Origin: Myxococcales bacterium | GTDB lineage: Bacteria; Myxococcota; Myxococcia; Myxococcales; JAKAPL01 | Reading direction: 5' to 3' | Assembly: GCA_021783235.1 (NCBI GenBank) | Contig: JAJXUD010000012.1 | Location: 16,503 to 80,502, forward strand | DNA length: 64,000 nt | In this document: one piece after another, positions 37,742-47,455 of the stretch | Layout: every line of letters starts with the position of its first letter | How positions within the stretch are numbered: position 1 is the first letter of the stretch | Made by a program: the position numbers and the translations under genes | Notes under the pieces: model-generated | Databases searched by the model: none | What the model saw: the letters and a program-made list of their open reading frames with translations, nothing else | What the model was told of the DNA's origin: nothing

Positions 37742-38253
37742 GGCGTGCCTCCGGTCGGCGGAACGCTCTTCTGCAGCGCCCGGATGAAGTTGACGATGTC
37801 CCAGCGGTCGTTCTCGCGCAGCCCTTCCCGCATCACGGGCATGGCCCGCCCGCCGAGGGTGATGGTCGCGAAGATGAAGCCGTCCGAGCGGCGCCGAATG
37901 GCGTCGTAGGTGACGTCCGGCGCCGGCGGAAACACCTTGGAGACCGGTCCGTTGCCGCGCCCGTCGAGCCCGTGGCAAGCCGAGCAGCGGTTCTCGAACA
38001 GAAGCTTGCCCCGCGCGACCGAGGCCGCGTCCGCCGGAATCGGGTTCTCGAGGTCAGCGAGATCGTCCCGGTCGTCCGCCGTGATGATCCCCTGGACGGG
38101 AATCGAGTCGGGCGGCGCCGGCCGCGGGTCCTGCTGTGGACGGGGCTGCGGCTGGTACCACATGTCGGTTCGCCAGTCGTTCGGCGCGCAGGCGGGAGCC
38201 GCCAGGGCTCCGCACAGGGCCCCAAGCGCCGTAAGGGCCTCAAGCCTCCGCAC
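37738..38253 (-). CDS. actE: ACIII subunit ActE (monoheme cytochrome c, cluster 2)
   Basis: CSACHGLDGRG heme motif and a conserved NDWRTDMWYQP segment. Confidence 0.85.
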   Translation of the reverse strand: MRRLEALTALGALCGALAAPACAPNDWRTDMWYQPQPRPQQDPRPAPPDSIPVQGIITADDRDDLADLENPIPADAASVARGKLLFENRCSACHGLDGRGNGPVSKVFPPAPDVTYDAIRRRSDGFIFATITLGGRAMPVMREGLRENDRWDIVNFIRALQKSVPPTGGTP

Positions 38254-38758
38254 GTTCGACCTCCTCCGCCCCTTCGCGACGCAGAATCATCTCGCAGCTC
38301 CCCTCAGCCGTTCCGGAGGCGCAAGGAACGAAGACCCCGATCCGATTCTGCGAGAACGCCGGCCGCTGCGGCATCCGCGCCCGTCGCCGCCCCACGAAGG
38401 CGGAGGTGAGCACCGCCACGAGGTTGACGAGGGCGCCAATGAGCACCATGCACTCGAAGGCGATCACCGTGTAAGGAATTGGCGAGACGATCGGCTTTCC
38501 CCCGATGACGAGCGGCCAGTCGGCCGAGGTCCAGCAGGTGAGCGCGTAGCCGCTGGCGAGGCCGACGATCGCCCCGCCGAGCGTCCACCAGCCGATCTGG
38601 CTCGGCGGATTGCCGAGCGCGGCCTCGACCTCGTGGTATGGGGCCGGCATGGCGGCGCGGATGCCTTGAACGCCGGTTCCGCGCAGCTCGCGGATGGCGC
38701 GGGCGGCAGCGCCGGGGGATTGGAACGTGGCGAGGAGTCCGGAGACATCAGTGGGCAT
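38240..38758 (-). CDS. actD: ACIII subunit ActD (cluster 2)
   Basis: Paralog of 2778-3278 (LATFQSPGAAARAIRELRGTG…, two TM segments). Confidence 0.8.
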   Translation of the reverse strand: MPTDVSGLLATFQSPGAAARAIRELRGTGVQGIRAAMPAPYHEVEAALGNPPSQIGWWTLGGAIVGLASGYALTCWTSADWPLVIGGKPIVSPIPYTVIAFECMVLIGALVNLVAVLTSAFVGRRRARMPQRPAFSQNRIGVFVPCASGTAEGSCEMILRREGAEEVERAEA

Positions 38759-40118
38759 GGGCGCTCCCCTCGAGCGGATGCTCCTTGAGCTCCGCGATCG
38801 AGATGGCGGGCAACAGCTTCACGACGATGAGAAGCCACATGAAGAACCAGCCGAACGAGCCGATGGTGATGCCGATCTCATAGAGGCTCGGCAGGTAGTT
38901 GGCCCAGCTCGCCGGGTCCTGGTCGTGCGCGGTCGAGGTCACGACGATGTTGAACCGCTCGAACCACATCCCCACGTTCACGAGGAGCGAGACGACGAGC
39001 AGGGCCGCACGGTTCGATCGCACCCGCTTCGAGAAGAGGGAGAGCGGAATGATGCAGTTGCATGCGACCATGGTCCAGAAGACCGGGGCGTAGAAACCGG
39101 TTGCCCGGAAGAGGAAGGTCGACCGCTCCGCGGGAGAGCCGCCGTAGAAGACCATCAAGTACTCGGTGGCGTACGAATAGAAGACGATGAGCGAGGTGAA
39201 GAGAACCACCTTCGCGAGCATGTCGAGGTGATGCGGGGTGATGAGGTCCTCGAGCCCGAGCGCCTTGCGCAGCGGGATGAGGAGCGTGATCACCATCGCG
39301 ACCCCGGAGAAGATCGCTCCGGCGACGAAGTAGGGCGCAAAGAGCGTCGAGTGCCAACCCGGGACGATGCCCATGGCAAAGTCCCAGGAGACGACGCTGT
39401 GCACCGAGATGACGAGCGGGGTCGCGAGCGCCGCGAAGAAGAGGTAACCGCGCGCGTAGCCGCGCCACTCGCCGTCGCCGTTCTTCCAGCCGAGCGCGAG
39501 CAGGCCGTAGATCTTCGAGCGCCACCCGTCGACCCGATCGCGCAGCGAGGCCAGGTCGGGGATCATTCCGATGAAGAGGAACACCGCGCTGACCGTGAAG
39601 TAGGTCGAGACCGCGAAGACGTCCCAGAGCAGCGGCGACTTGAAGTTGACCCAGAGGTGCCGGTGGTTCGGGTAGGGGAAAAGCCAGTAGGCGAACCACG
39701 GTCGGCCGACGTGGAGAATCGGGAAGAGGCCAGCGGTCATGACACCGATGACGGTCATCATCTCCGCCGCGCGGTAGACGGCCGTTCGGAAGCGGGCCCG
39801 GAAGAGGAAAAGGACCGCCGAGATGAGCGTGCCCGAGTGGGCGATGCCGACCCAGAAGACGAAGTTCGTGATGTAGACGCCCCAGCCCACGGGGGAATGG
39901 AGCCCGGTCACGATCATGCCGCGCTCGATCTGCTGGGCCCAGCACCAGCCCCCGACCGCCGCCGCGGCGGCCGACAGCAGGATCAGCCCAAAATGAAGCG
40001 CCTTCGGGAAGCCGAGGCTCCGAATGACCGGCGGGGTGATGTCGGGGATCTGCTCGAGCGCTCCGCCGTGGGTTTCGGGCAGAAGCCGAACGCTTTCGAC
40101 CTGAGTGCTCACGCTCAT
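38748..40118 (-). CDS. actC: ACIII subunit ActC (NrfD-like, cluster 2)
   Basis: WGVYITNFVFWVGIAHSGTLISAVLFLFRARFR segment. ATGA overlap with the actB2 stop. Confidence 0.9.
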   Translation of the reverse strand: MSVSTQVESVRLLPETHGGALEQIPDITPPVIRSLGFPKALHFGLILLSAAAAAVGGWCWAQQIERGMIVTGLHSPVGWGVYITNFVFWVGIAHSGTLISAVLFLFRARFRTAVYRAAEMMTVIGVMTAGLFPILHVGRPWFAYWLFPYPNHRHLWVNFKSPLLWDVFAVSTYFTVSAVFLFIGMIPDLASLRDRVDGWRSKIYGLLALGWKNGDGEWRGYARGYLFFAALATPLVISVHSVVSWDFAMGIVPGWHSTLFAPYFVAGAIFSGVAMVITLLIPLRKALGLEDLITPHHLDMLAKVVLFTSLIVFYSYATEYLMVFYGGSPAERSTFLFRATGFYAPVFWTMVACNCIIPLSLFSKRVRSNRAALLVVSLLVNVGMWFERFNIVVTSTAHDQDPASWANYLPSLYEIGITIGSFGWFFMWLLIVVKLLPAISIAELKEHPLEGSAHAH

Positions 40119-42991
40119 GCCTCCTCTTCGCGAATGCGCGCGAGATAGCTCACGGCGGGCTCCGTCCCGAGATCCTCGAGGACGCGATAAGCGCGCCGCT
40201 GCCCGCTCGCCGCCCGCACCTTCGACTTCACGTCGCGAATGTCTCCGAAGACGATCGCCTGCGACGGACAGGTCTGGGCGCACGCCGGCTGAATCTCGCC
40301 GTCGCGAACCGGCCGACCCTCCTCGCGCGCCACGATCTCGCCAAGCCGGATCCGCTGCACGCAGAAGGTGCATTTCTCCATGACGCCCTTCTCGCGGGCG
40401 GTCACATCGGGGTTCAACTCGAGGTTCACGGGCTCGGGCCACGGGTGATCCGAGTAGTTGAAGACCCGGACCTTGTAGGGGCAGTTGTTCGCGCAGTACC
40501 GGGTGCCGACGCAGCGGTTGTAAACCTGCGCGTTGAGCCCCTCGTCCGTGTGGTAGGTCGCCTCGACCGGGCAGACGGACTCGCATGGCGCGTCGCAGCA
40601 CTGCTGGCAGAGCATCGGAAGGAAGCTCACCCCCGAGGTCAGCTCGCCCGACTCAGGGAAGAAGCGCTCGACGCGCATCCAGGCCATCTGGCGGTGCATC
40701 GCCGCCTGCTCCGCGCCGACCACCGGGAGGTTGTTCTCAGCGTAGCAGGCCGCCACGCAGGCCGCGCAACCAGTGCAGCGATCAAGATCGATCGCCATCG
40801 CCCAGCGGTGCTCTGGGTGCGGGTGCTCGGGGTAAAACGACTTCTCGGTCGTCTCACGAAAGCCCCGGTCCGCCGCCGCGACCGTCCGGGCGAGCTCCCG
40901 CCCGAGCTGCCGATCCGACCCGGCGTAGATCGGAAGCAACGCCCGGAGTCCGACGCGCCGGATCTCCACCGGAGTCGCCGGGTAGACGCGAGCGCCAGTG
41001 AGCGGATCGGAGGCGGCCGGGATGAGCCGCAGGACTTCGGGCTCGCCGGCCGGAAGCGCGACGGTCCCTCCAACCGTCAGCGGCGAGACGACGACCGGGA
41101 ACTCCGCGGTCTTGCCCGCGACGGTCACGGTCGCGCGGTCGCCCGTCGAGACGCCGAGCTTGCCAGCCAACTCGGTGGGAACCGTGAGCGGCGACGACCA
41201 GGCAGCCGTCGTCAGCGGATCGCCGATCTCCTGCATCCAGCTCCGGTCGGCGGACCGACCGTCGAACCGCCGCACGTCCGACGCGAGCACGAGAACCGTC
41301 AGGCCGGGATCGACCGGGGCCTCCGGCTGGGCGCCCACGAGGGCCTGGAGGAAACCATCACCCAGCGACGGCGCCGCGGCCGGCCGCTCGACGAAGATTC
41401 CGCCGTGCTGCTGGCCGGTCCGGACAGCCGCGACCAGGTCACCAGACTTGCCGGCCTCGAGCATCGCCCAGTCGGCCGCGCGGTCGCGCCAGTAGTCCTC
41501 GAACGACGCGAACGGAAAGCTCGCTGCGGGGACGTTGCTCTTCTTGGCGATCGCGAGGAGCACGTCGCCCGCGGGGCGGCTGTCGTAGAGCGGAGTCATC
41601 GCCGGCTGGCCGAGGGAGAGAACGCCGGAGCGAACCTCGGAGTCGGAGAAGTCCTCGAGGAAGTGGTTCTTCGGGAGCGCGAAGGTCGCGGCCTCGGAGG
41701 CCGGGCACTCCTCGTCCCCGAGGTAGACGCTCATGGGAACCTTCCGCAGCGCCGCCTCGAAACCGAGCTTCTCGGGGAGGGTCCGCGACGGATCGACTCC
41801 CACGAGGAAGAGCACGCCCAGCTGCCCGGAGGCCATCCGCTCGGTCAGCTCGGTGAACTCCGCGAGAGCAGAGGGACGATCGCGGGCAGGGTCCCGCCCG
41901 TATTCGACGGTCTCTCCCACGTTGCCGAGGAGGTGGTTCAAGAGCAGGACCGCCACGGCGGCCTGGGTCGGCTCCGCTCCTCCCGCGAGAGGACCCGGCG
42001 GCAGAACGACGCTCGACGGAGCATCGTGCAGCTGGCGCGCGAGCCGCCCGATGCTCTCGGCCGACAACCCGGTGCGGTCTCCAACGGCGCCAGCGTCAAA
42101 CGGCCGGAGCGCGTCAGCAAGGGAGGCGCGCAGCTGGCCAGGGACCGCAACCTTGGGACCGCGGGCGAGCAGATCGCGGCAGAGAGCCAGGGCGATTAGA
42201 CCTTCGGTGCCGGCGCGAATCCGGAGAAACCGATCGGCGTTGGCGGCGGTGAGGCCGACGTGGGCGCCGACGTACACGAGCTCGGCACGGCCGTCCTGCG
42301 AGGAGCGGGCCTCGGAGAGCATCCGGGCGTGCTCGACCGGCGAGAGCCAGCCCTCGAGGAAGTCGGCGCCGAGCGACACGATGACGCGCGCACGATCGAG
42401 CCGGTAGGCCGGGATCTCGTCGAGACCGTAGGCGAGGCTCGAGGCCTGCCGCAGCGGCGAGAGGTCGAACGGCTCGTAGACCAATCGATCGCCGCCCATC
42501 GATTCGGCGAAGGCGGTTTCGAGGGCGCCGAGGCTTCCCGGCTCGAGACCCGAGACGAGCGCGACCTTCGACGGATTCGCGCCGACGGCGTGGGCGATCT
42601 CGGCGATAGCGGCGTCCCAAGCGACCGGGCGCGTCAAGCCGCTTGAATCGCGGCGGGTAGGCTGCCGGAGCCGGCGCGTCGAATAGAGGCCCTGGAGCGC
42701 GGCCTGGCCCCGGGCGCAGAGCGCCCCTCGATTGAGAGGATGCTCGGCGTTGCCTTCCAGCTTGACGACGCGCCCTTCCCGTGTCCGGACCGTCAGGCCG
42801 CATCCCGACGGGCACTCGCGGCAGAGCGAGGCATAAAACGTAGGCTTGCCGGGCGTCCCGGCGATCGGCGGGTTGAGCAACGGAATGATCTTCTCGCCGC
42901 CGTGGGGAGGCGAGCAGGCGGCCGCCCCCGCGGTGGCGCCCACGATCGTCAGGAACTTCCTTCGGCTCAATCCAGAGAGGTCGTCAGGCAC
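40115..42991 (-). CDS. actB: ACIII subunit ActB, full length (Tat signal, molybdopterin-oxidoreductase-like domain, 4Fe-4S ferredoxin domain)
   Basis: Twin-arginine signal SRRKFLTIVGATAGAAA. N-terminal Cys cluster CRECPSGCG. C-terminal ferredoxin clusters CTGCAACVAAC, CQQCCDAPCESVCP and CVGTRYCANNCP. Confidence 0.9.
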   Translation of the reverse strand: MPDDLSGLSRRKFLTIVGATAGAAACSPPHGGEKIIPLLNPPIAGTPGKPTFYASLCRECPSGCGLTVRTREGRVVKLEGNAEHPLNRGALCARGQAALQGLYSTRRLRQPTRRDSSGLTRPVAWDAAIAEIAHAVGANPSKVALVSGLEPGSLGALETAFAESMGGDRLVYEPFDLSPLRQASSLAYGLDEIPAYRLDRARVIVSLGADFLEGWLSPVEHARMLSEARSSQDGRAELVYVGAHVGLTAANADRFLRIRAGTEGLIALALCRDLLARGPKVAVPGQLRASLADALRPFDAGAVGDRTGLSAESIGRLARQLHDAPSSVVLPPGPLAGGAEPTQAAVAVLLLNHLLGNVGETVEYGRDPARDRPSALAEFTELTERMASGQLGVLFLVGVDPSRTLPEKLGFEAALRKVPMSVYLGDEECPASEAATFALPKNHFLEDFSDSEVRSGVLSLGQPAMTPLYDSRPAGDVLLAIAKKSNVPAASFPFASFEDYWRDRAADWAMLEAGKSGDLVAAVRTGQQHGGIFVERPAAAPSLGDGFLQALVGAQPEAPVDPGLTVLVLASDVRRFDGRSADRSWMQEIGDPLTTAAWSSPLTVPTELAGKLGVSTGDRATVTVAGKTAEFPVVVSPLTVGGTVALPAGEPEVLRLIPAASDPLTGARVYPATPVEIRRVGLRALLPIYAGSDRQLGRELARTVAAADRGFRETTEKSFYPEHPHPEHRWAMAIDLDRCTGCAACVAACYAENNLPVVGAEQAAMHRQMAWMRVERFFPESGELTSGVSFLPMLCQQCCDAPCESVCPVEATYHTDEGLNAQVYNRCVGTRYCANNCPYKVRVFNYSDHPWPEPVNLELNPDVTAREKGVMEKCTFCVQRIRLGEIVAREEGRPVRDGEIQPACAQTCPSQAIVFGDIRDVKSKVRAASGQRRAYRVLEDLGTEPAVSYLARIREEEA

Positions 42992-43000
42992 GCTCTTCTC

Positions 43001-43546
43001 CTACTTGTGGCAGACGATGCAGTTGTCTACGGGGGCATGATTGGCACGGTGGCAATCGACACAAAAACCCATGTCGTCGAGTGGCTTCGCCATCCGGACC
43101 ACCTTCATCGTCTCGACGGCGCCGTGGCACTTCTGACAGCGAACCCCGGCCTGGATGTGAGGCTCATGGTTGAAGCCAACGTGATCGGGCACCCGGGTCA
43201 CACGGTTCCAGGCCACCCGGTCGCCGGCCTCGAAGGCCGCCTCGAGCGCCTGGACATCCGGCTTCTGCTTGTCGACGAAGCGATGGCAGCCCATGCACTT
43301 CGCCGCGGTGGGAATCCCGGCGATGGGCGAGTGATCCGCATACGCGTGGCAGGTCTGGCAGGGGATCTGGTACTTCCCGGCGTGGATGGTGTGGTCGAAG
43401 TGAAATGGCTGCTCAGGGGCCACGGCGGTCACGACCGCTCCCGCATCGGGGACCCACGGAGCCTCCTTCACGGCCGCCGCGGGCTCGGGCCGAGGCCCGC
43501 AGCTCGCGGCGGCGATGACCAACAGGGGAATGAGGCGTCCGCCCAT
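43001..43546 (-). CDS. actA: ACIII subunit ActA (pentaheme cytochrome c lipoprotein)
   Basis: Five CXXCH motifs (CQTCH, CMGCH, CQKCH, CVDCH, CIVCH). Lipobox IAAASC. Confidence 0.9.
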   Translation of the reverse strand: MGGRLIPLLVIAAASCGPRPEPAAAVKEAPWVPDAGAVVTAVAPEQPFHFDHTIHAGKYQIPCQTCHAYADHSPIAGIPTAAKCMGCHRFVDKQKPDVQALEAAFEAGDRVAWNRVTRVPDHVGFNHEPHIQAGVRCQKCHGAVETMKVVRMAKPLDDMGFCVDCHRANHAPVDNCIVCHK

Positions 43547-43549
43547 CTG

Positions 43550-44113
43550 CTAAAACTCGAGGTCCAGCGAGGTGGAACCCGAGACCGTGACGGGGAACTC
43601 CTTCTTCCGGTCCTTCTTCTTCTTGATCGGCTTACCGAAGGCCCGGACGGTGTAGGCGCCATCGGGGACGCCCTTGATGACGTAGGAGCCGTCGTCCTTG
43701 GTCATCGCGTAGTAGGGGTTCTGCAGCACGACGACGTAGCCCTCCATCTCCGGATGGAGGCTGCAGAGCAGGGCGTCGATTCCGGTCTGCTGGAAGGTGT
43801 GCGTCTTCGTCTGCCCCTTCGACCAGGTACCGAGGTTGAAGCCCTCTCCGTCCGGGCTGAAGACGTTGTGGTTCACCGGGTCGTCGTTGCGGAAGGTGAC
43901 CGTCGCGCCCTGCAGCACCGGGGTCACGTACGGCACGAACGCCATCTTCTGCTGGTTGACGGTCGCCGGCTTCGGCTTGAACGCCCCAGACGCCTGGACC
44001 ACGTAGACCAGCACCCCGGCCCCACCCTTGGGACTCGAGACCTTTCCGTGAATCTCCCCGGCCGACGCCGAGAGGGCGAAGGACACGGCCATCATCGCGA
44101 GCAACGAACGCAT
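43550..44113 (-). CDS. Secreted type-1 (blue) copper protein-like cupredoxin with a C-terminal carboxypeptidase-regulatory-like beta-sandwich
   Basis: Signal peptide. Candidate T1Cu ligands are His in VNHNVFS and C-x2-H-x2-M in CSLHPEM. The C-terminal segment DGSYVIKGVPDGAYTVRAF is typical of the CarboxypepD_reg fold. Confidence 0.65.
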   Translation of the reverse strand: MRSLLAMMAVSFALSASAGEIHGKVSSPKGGAGVLVYVVQASGAFKPKPATVNQQKMAFVPYVTPVLQGATVTFRNDDPVNHNVFSPDGEGFNLGTWSKGQTKTHTFQQTGIDALLCSLHPEMEGYVVVLQNPYYAMTKDDGSYVIKGVPDGAYTVRAFGKPIKKKKDRKKEFPVTVSGSTSLDLEF

Positions 44114-44150
44114 TTGATATCTCCTTTGGTGTCGGGTTGGATGGGGCGGG

Positions 44151-45674
44151 CTAGAACGCGTATAGCAGATTCGCGGTCACGGTTTCGAGGGTCGGCTTAC
44201 CGGTCGCATACTCGGCGAGCGGCTCAGGCCCGAGCGCGCTCCCTGCGCCGGACCAGCCTCCCGGAGGCGCATCCTTGGACTGATCGATCTCGGCGAGGAG
44301 CTGCACCCGGACGTTTGGGCGGATGAGAAAATTCACGGCCGGCAGGATCCGATTCAGCGCAGGATTCGTTCCGTTCGCAAAGAGCGGGTCGTTCGCCGCG
44401 TTGATTTGCGTGAACTCATAGCGCAGCGCCGGAATGAGCCACGGATAGACGACGTACGAGGCCTCACCCCAGACGGTCGCCGCGGAGATCGGCACGCCGC
44501 TCGAATCGGCCCGCGAATGGAGCTGATCGAAGGCGCCAACGTCGAGCTCGAACGACGAGATCTGCCCGCGGATGGCCACGCCGCCCGTATTCGAGGTGTC
44601 GAACAGGAGACCGCCCAGATCGTTGTTGTAGTACGATTCCGCGTGGTAGCCGAACACGTCCACGGTCAGCGCCGTCTCGGCCCACGGCTTATCCGAGGCC
44701 TGGCCCCCACCCTCGCCGTCGAGCCGCATTCCGCCGAGCTTGAAGCCGACATGCGCGTAGGCGTCGGCCGAAGGCGGGGTGACGGAGGGAATGGCAGCCG
44801 GCGCCCCGGGAGCAGTGCCCGAATAGTCGTTCGTCCCAGAGTTGAAGCCGATGGAGTAGTCGAACCGACCCACCACCGTCCCGTTCAGCTCGACCGTGTC
44901 GAGTTCGTTGATCCCGGGCGTGAACGAGCCGCTGCCGCCGACCATCGGCGCCAGGTTGATCTCGGGGACGTAGCCGTCGACCACGTAGCTCGAGTGGTTG
45001 TCGAACGAGGTGATCGTCGGGAAGTTCTTGCCGACCAGGAGGTTGAAGACGTGCTGTCCGACCGCATCCGAGAGGATGTCGTCGAAGATGAGGTAGCCGC
45101 GCTCGATGTCGACCGGAGCGCTCGGATCGGTGCTCAGCGTCACCTCGCCGAACCAAGACAGGGAGTTATTGAACGTGCCGCCGGTCCAGATGTGGGCCTC
45201 GGTGGTGAGCCCCATCAAGGAGAAGAAGCCGGTGTGCTCGACGTTTCCGGCCGCATCCGTCTTCGGGCTGCCGTCCGGGTTGGCGAGGACACCCGGGCTC
45301 GAGGCGGCCGCCGACGTGCCCGGCATCGCCGCGTTGGCGCCGCCGATGAAGCCGAAGGCGATGGGGACCGAGTCCGGGATGCTGTCGGGCCAGATGGCGT
45401 TCGGGAAGACTTTCTTGTAGGCGTCGACGCCGAGTCGCGTGACACCCTGCTTGCGCTCGTCCGAATCGTCGCCCGGGAAGCGGAAGCCATTTCGGCGGAA
45501 GGCCTCACCAAAGGGGTTCAGCTTGGGCCAGGCGGTGTGGCAGGTGGTGCAGCTCGTCTGGTACTTCCGGGCGAAGACCGGGATGGCCAGCGCGGGACGA
45601 GCGAGCAGGGACGCAAAGCCAACCGAGAGGACGGCGAAAAGACGCACGGTGATTACAGAAAGACCGCGACGCAT
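44151..45674 (-). CDS. Outer-membrane beta-barrel-like protein with an N-terminal CXXCH heme-binding motif
   Basis: Start at 45674 is preceded by GGAGGAGG. Signal peptide …LLARPALA. FARKYQTSCTTCH follows directly after the signal. The long Gly/aromatic-rich body ends in LLYAF, an OMP-type C-terminal Phe. The 1083-aa track ORF is an upstream artefact. Confidence 0.7.
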   Translation of the reverse strand: MRRGLSVITVRLFAVLSVGFASLLARPALAIPVFARKYQTSCTTCHTAWPKLNPFGEAFRRNGFRFPGDDSDERKQGVTRLGVDAYKKVFPNAIWPDSIPDSVPIAFGFIGGANAAMPGTSAAASSPGVLANPDGSPKTDAAGNVEHTGFFSLMGLTTEAHIWTGGTFNNSLSWFGEVTLSTDPSAPVDIERGYLIFDDILSDAVGQHVFNLLVGKNFPTITSFDNHSSYVVDGYVPEINLAPMVGGSGSFTPGINELDTVELNGTVVGRFDYSIGFNSGTNDYSGTAPGAPAAIPSVTPPSADAYAHVGFKLGGMRLDGEGGGQASDKPWAETALTVDVFGYHAESYYNNDLGGLLFDTSNTGGVAIRGQISSFELDVGAFDQLHSRADSSGVPISAATVWGEASYVVYPWLIPALRYEFTQINAANDPLFANGTNPALNRILPAVNFLIRPNVRVQLLAEIDQSKDAPPGGWSGAGSALGPEPLAEYATGKPTLETVTANLLYAF

Positions 45675-45881
45675 AGAAATCCTCCTCCGAGGGGAGCCAG
45701 TTCGAGCGAAGCGGTATAGCCGCCTTGCGCATCCCGTGCCAACGACAAAAAGTCGGCAAGAGGGCGGATTCGCGAGCGATCGGGAGCCGCTCCGCCACGC
45801 AAGGGCTGCGCCGCGGGGCGTCAGATTGCAGGAATTGCGCGACGCATCCGCCGGGAATCGGACTCGTCGCCGGTCCCGAGG

Positions 45882-47360
45882 TTGCATTCGAAACGCGGCA
45901 GCTCTCCAAAGGAGGTCCCGCTGAACCCCAAGCACCCGCGCCTCGTCGCCCCATTTCTCCTGGTCTCGCTCTCCGCCGTGCTCGCTGGGACCAGCGCCGG
46001 CGTGATCGCGCTCCTGCGAAGCCTGCTCGCCCTCGGCGTCCTGCCCCCGGCGCTCGGGCAGATCCACGGGCGGCTCCAGATCTTCGGCTTCCTCCTCCCC
46101 TTCGTCCTCGGCTGCTCGACCTTCGTCTTTCCGCGGATCGCGGCTGGCCGACCCCTGCGCCACCCTGAGCTCGCCCTCGCCGCGGCGGCGGGCTTCGGCC
46201 TCTCGCTGCTCCTGCAGCTCGCGGGCTGGGCGCTCCCCCGCCTGGTCACTCCCCTCTGGCGGGCCTCGGGGCTCGCGCTCGCGCTCGCGGGTCTCTTCGC
46301 GGCGGCGGCGCTCGAGGGGCCGCTTGCCGAACTCCGCAGGCGGCGGCAGGGGCAGGCCGCCGACCGCGGCTACGAGCCGGTCCTCGAGATCGCCCTCCTC
46401 TTCGTCGCACTCGCCGCCGCGACCGAGGGCCTCGCCCTCTGGCGCGCCGCCGCCGCGTCCGACCTCGTCGCGCCGTTCACCCTCGCCGCCGCCGCCGAGC
46501 GGCTCGCCCTCGGAGGCGGAGCGGCCGGCATCGCCTTCGGCGTCTCCACGCGGATGTTCCCGGGCTTCCTCGGGATCGACCCAGGGCGCGCGCGCCCCCC
46601 TCGCTGGACCGTCCTTTTGTGGGCCACCTCGGTGGCGCTCGGCGCGGCCGGCTCCCTCGCCGGCATCCCCCGCATCGAGAGCGGCGCGGATCTTCTTTTC
46701 GCGCTCGCGGCCCTGTCGTTCGCGGCGAGGCTCGGGCTTGCGACTCGCCGCGGCGGTCCCGCGATCGACCGATCTCGCGACCCGCTCTTCCCCTGGGGTG
46801 CGCGGGTCGCGTACGCATCGCTCGCCGCGAGCGCCATGCTCGGCGGGCTTGCGGCACTGGGATCGCTCGCGGGGCTCGCCGTCCACCTCTTCTGGACGGA
46901 CGCGGCGCGCCACCTGCTGGTGCTCGGCTTTCTGTCGACCCTCGTCGCGACCATGGCCGGACGTCTGGCTCCGGGCTGGGCAGGCCGACCCCTGGCGCTT
47001 CCCTGGGCCCGCGGGGTCGCGGTCTTCGCGCTCCCCCTCGCGGCGGCCCTGCGCGCGACCGAGGGAATCGCCGGCCAGTGGGGCCCCGCCTGGGTCGTGG
47101 ATCTCGCGGCGGCCTCCGGGCCCCTCGGCGCGATCGGCTTCCTCGGCCTGGTCGCGAGCGTCGGGACGACGCTCGCGCGGCCGCCACGCGCGTCGGGACG
47201 CACGCAGGGCCCGTCGGTCCGCCGCGCCGAGCGTCCCGCCGAAGCAGAGCAGCACCAGGGACGCGAGGGGCCCGGAGAGGCCCGAGACCTCGAGCGGCGC
47301 AGGCGCGAGGCGCGCGGCGGCCACGGGGCCGAGCCGCGAGGCGACCGCTCCGTTCAGTAG
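45882..47360 (+). CDS. NnrS-like polytopic membrane protein
   Basis: About 12 hydrophobic segments with conserved His positions (IHGRLQIFGF, ARHLLVLGFLS) resembling the NnrS family. The last ~60 residues are low-complexity. Confidence 0.5.
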   Translation: MHSKRGSSPKEVPLNPKHPRLVAPFLLVSLSAVLAGTSAGVIALLRSLLALGVLPPALGQIHGRLQIFGFLLPFVLGCSTFVFPRIAAGRPLRHPELALAAAAGFGLSLLLQLAGWALPRLVTPLWRASGLALALAGLFAAAALEGPLAELRRRRQGQAADRGYEPVLEIALLFVALAAATEGLALWRAAAASDLVAPFTLAAAAERLALGGGAAGIAFGVSTRMFPGFLGIDPGRARPPRWTVLLWATSVALGAAGSLAGIPRIESGADLLFALAALSFAARLGLATRRGGPAIDRSRDPLFPWGARVAYASLAASAMLGGLAALGSLAGLAVHLFWTDAARHLLVLGFLSTLVATMAGRLAPGWAGRPLALPWARGVAVFALPLAAALRATEGIAGQWGPAWVVDLAAASGPLGAIGFLGLVASVGTTLARPPRASGRTQGPSVRRAERPAEAEQHQGREGPGEARDLERRRREARGGHGAEPRGDRSVQ

Positions 47361-47455
47361 GGCGAAGGCCGCGAGGCGGGAGCGATTGGCCTTCGCGGGC
47401 AACCGCCGCGCCAGGCGCGCGTCGCCCGACGCTTGCCAGGGGGCTGCCGCCCGCT

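Noticed and set aside
45675-47402. N-terminal ~575-aa extension of the 1083-aa minus-strand ORF 44151-47402
   Set aside because: The extension is charged and low in complexity and lies antisense to the NnrS-like gene. A strong SD plus a signal peptide at 45674 marks the real start.
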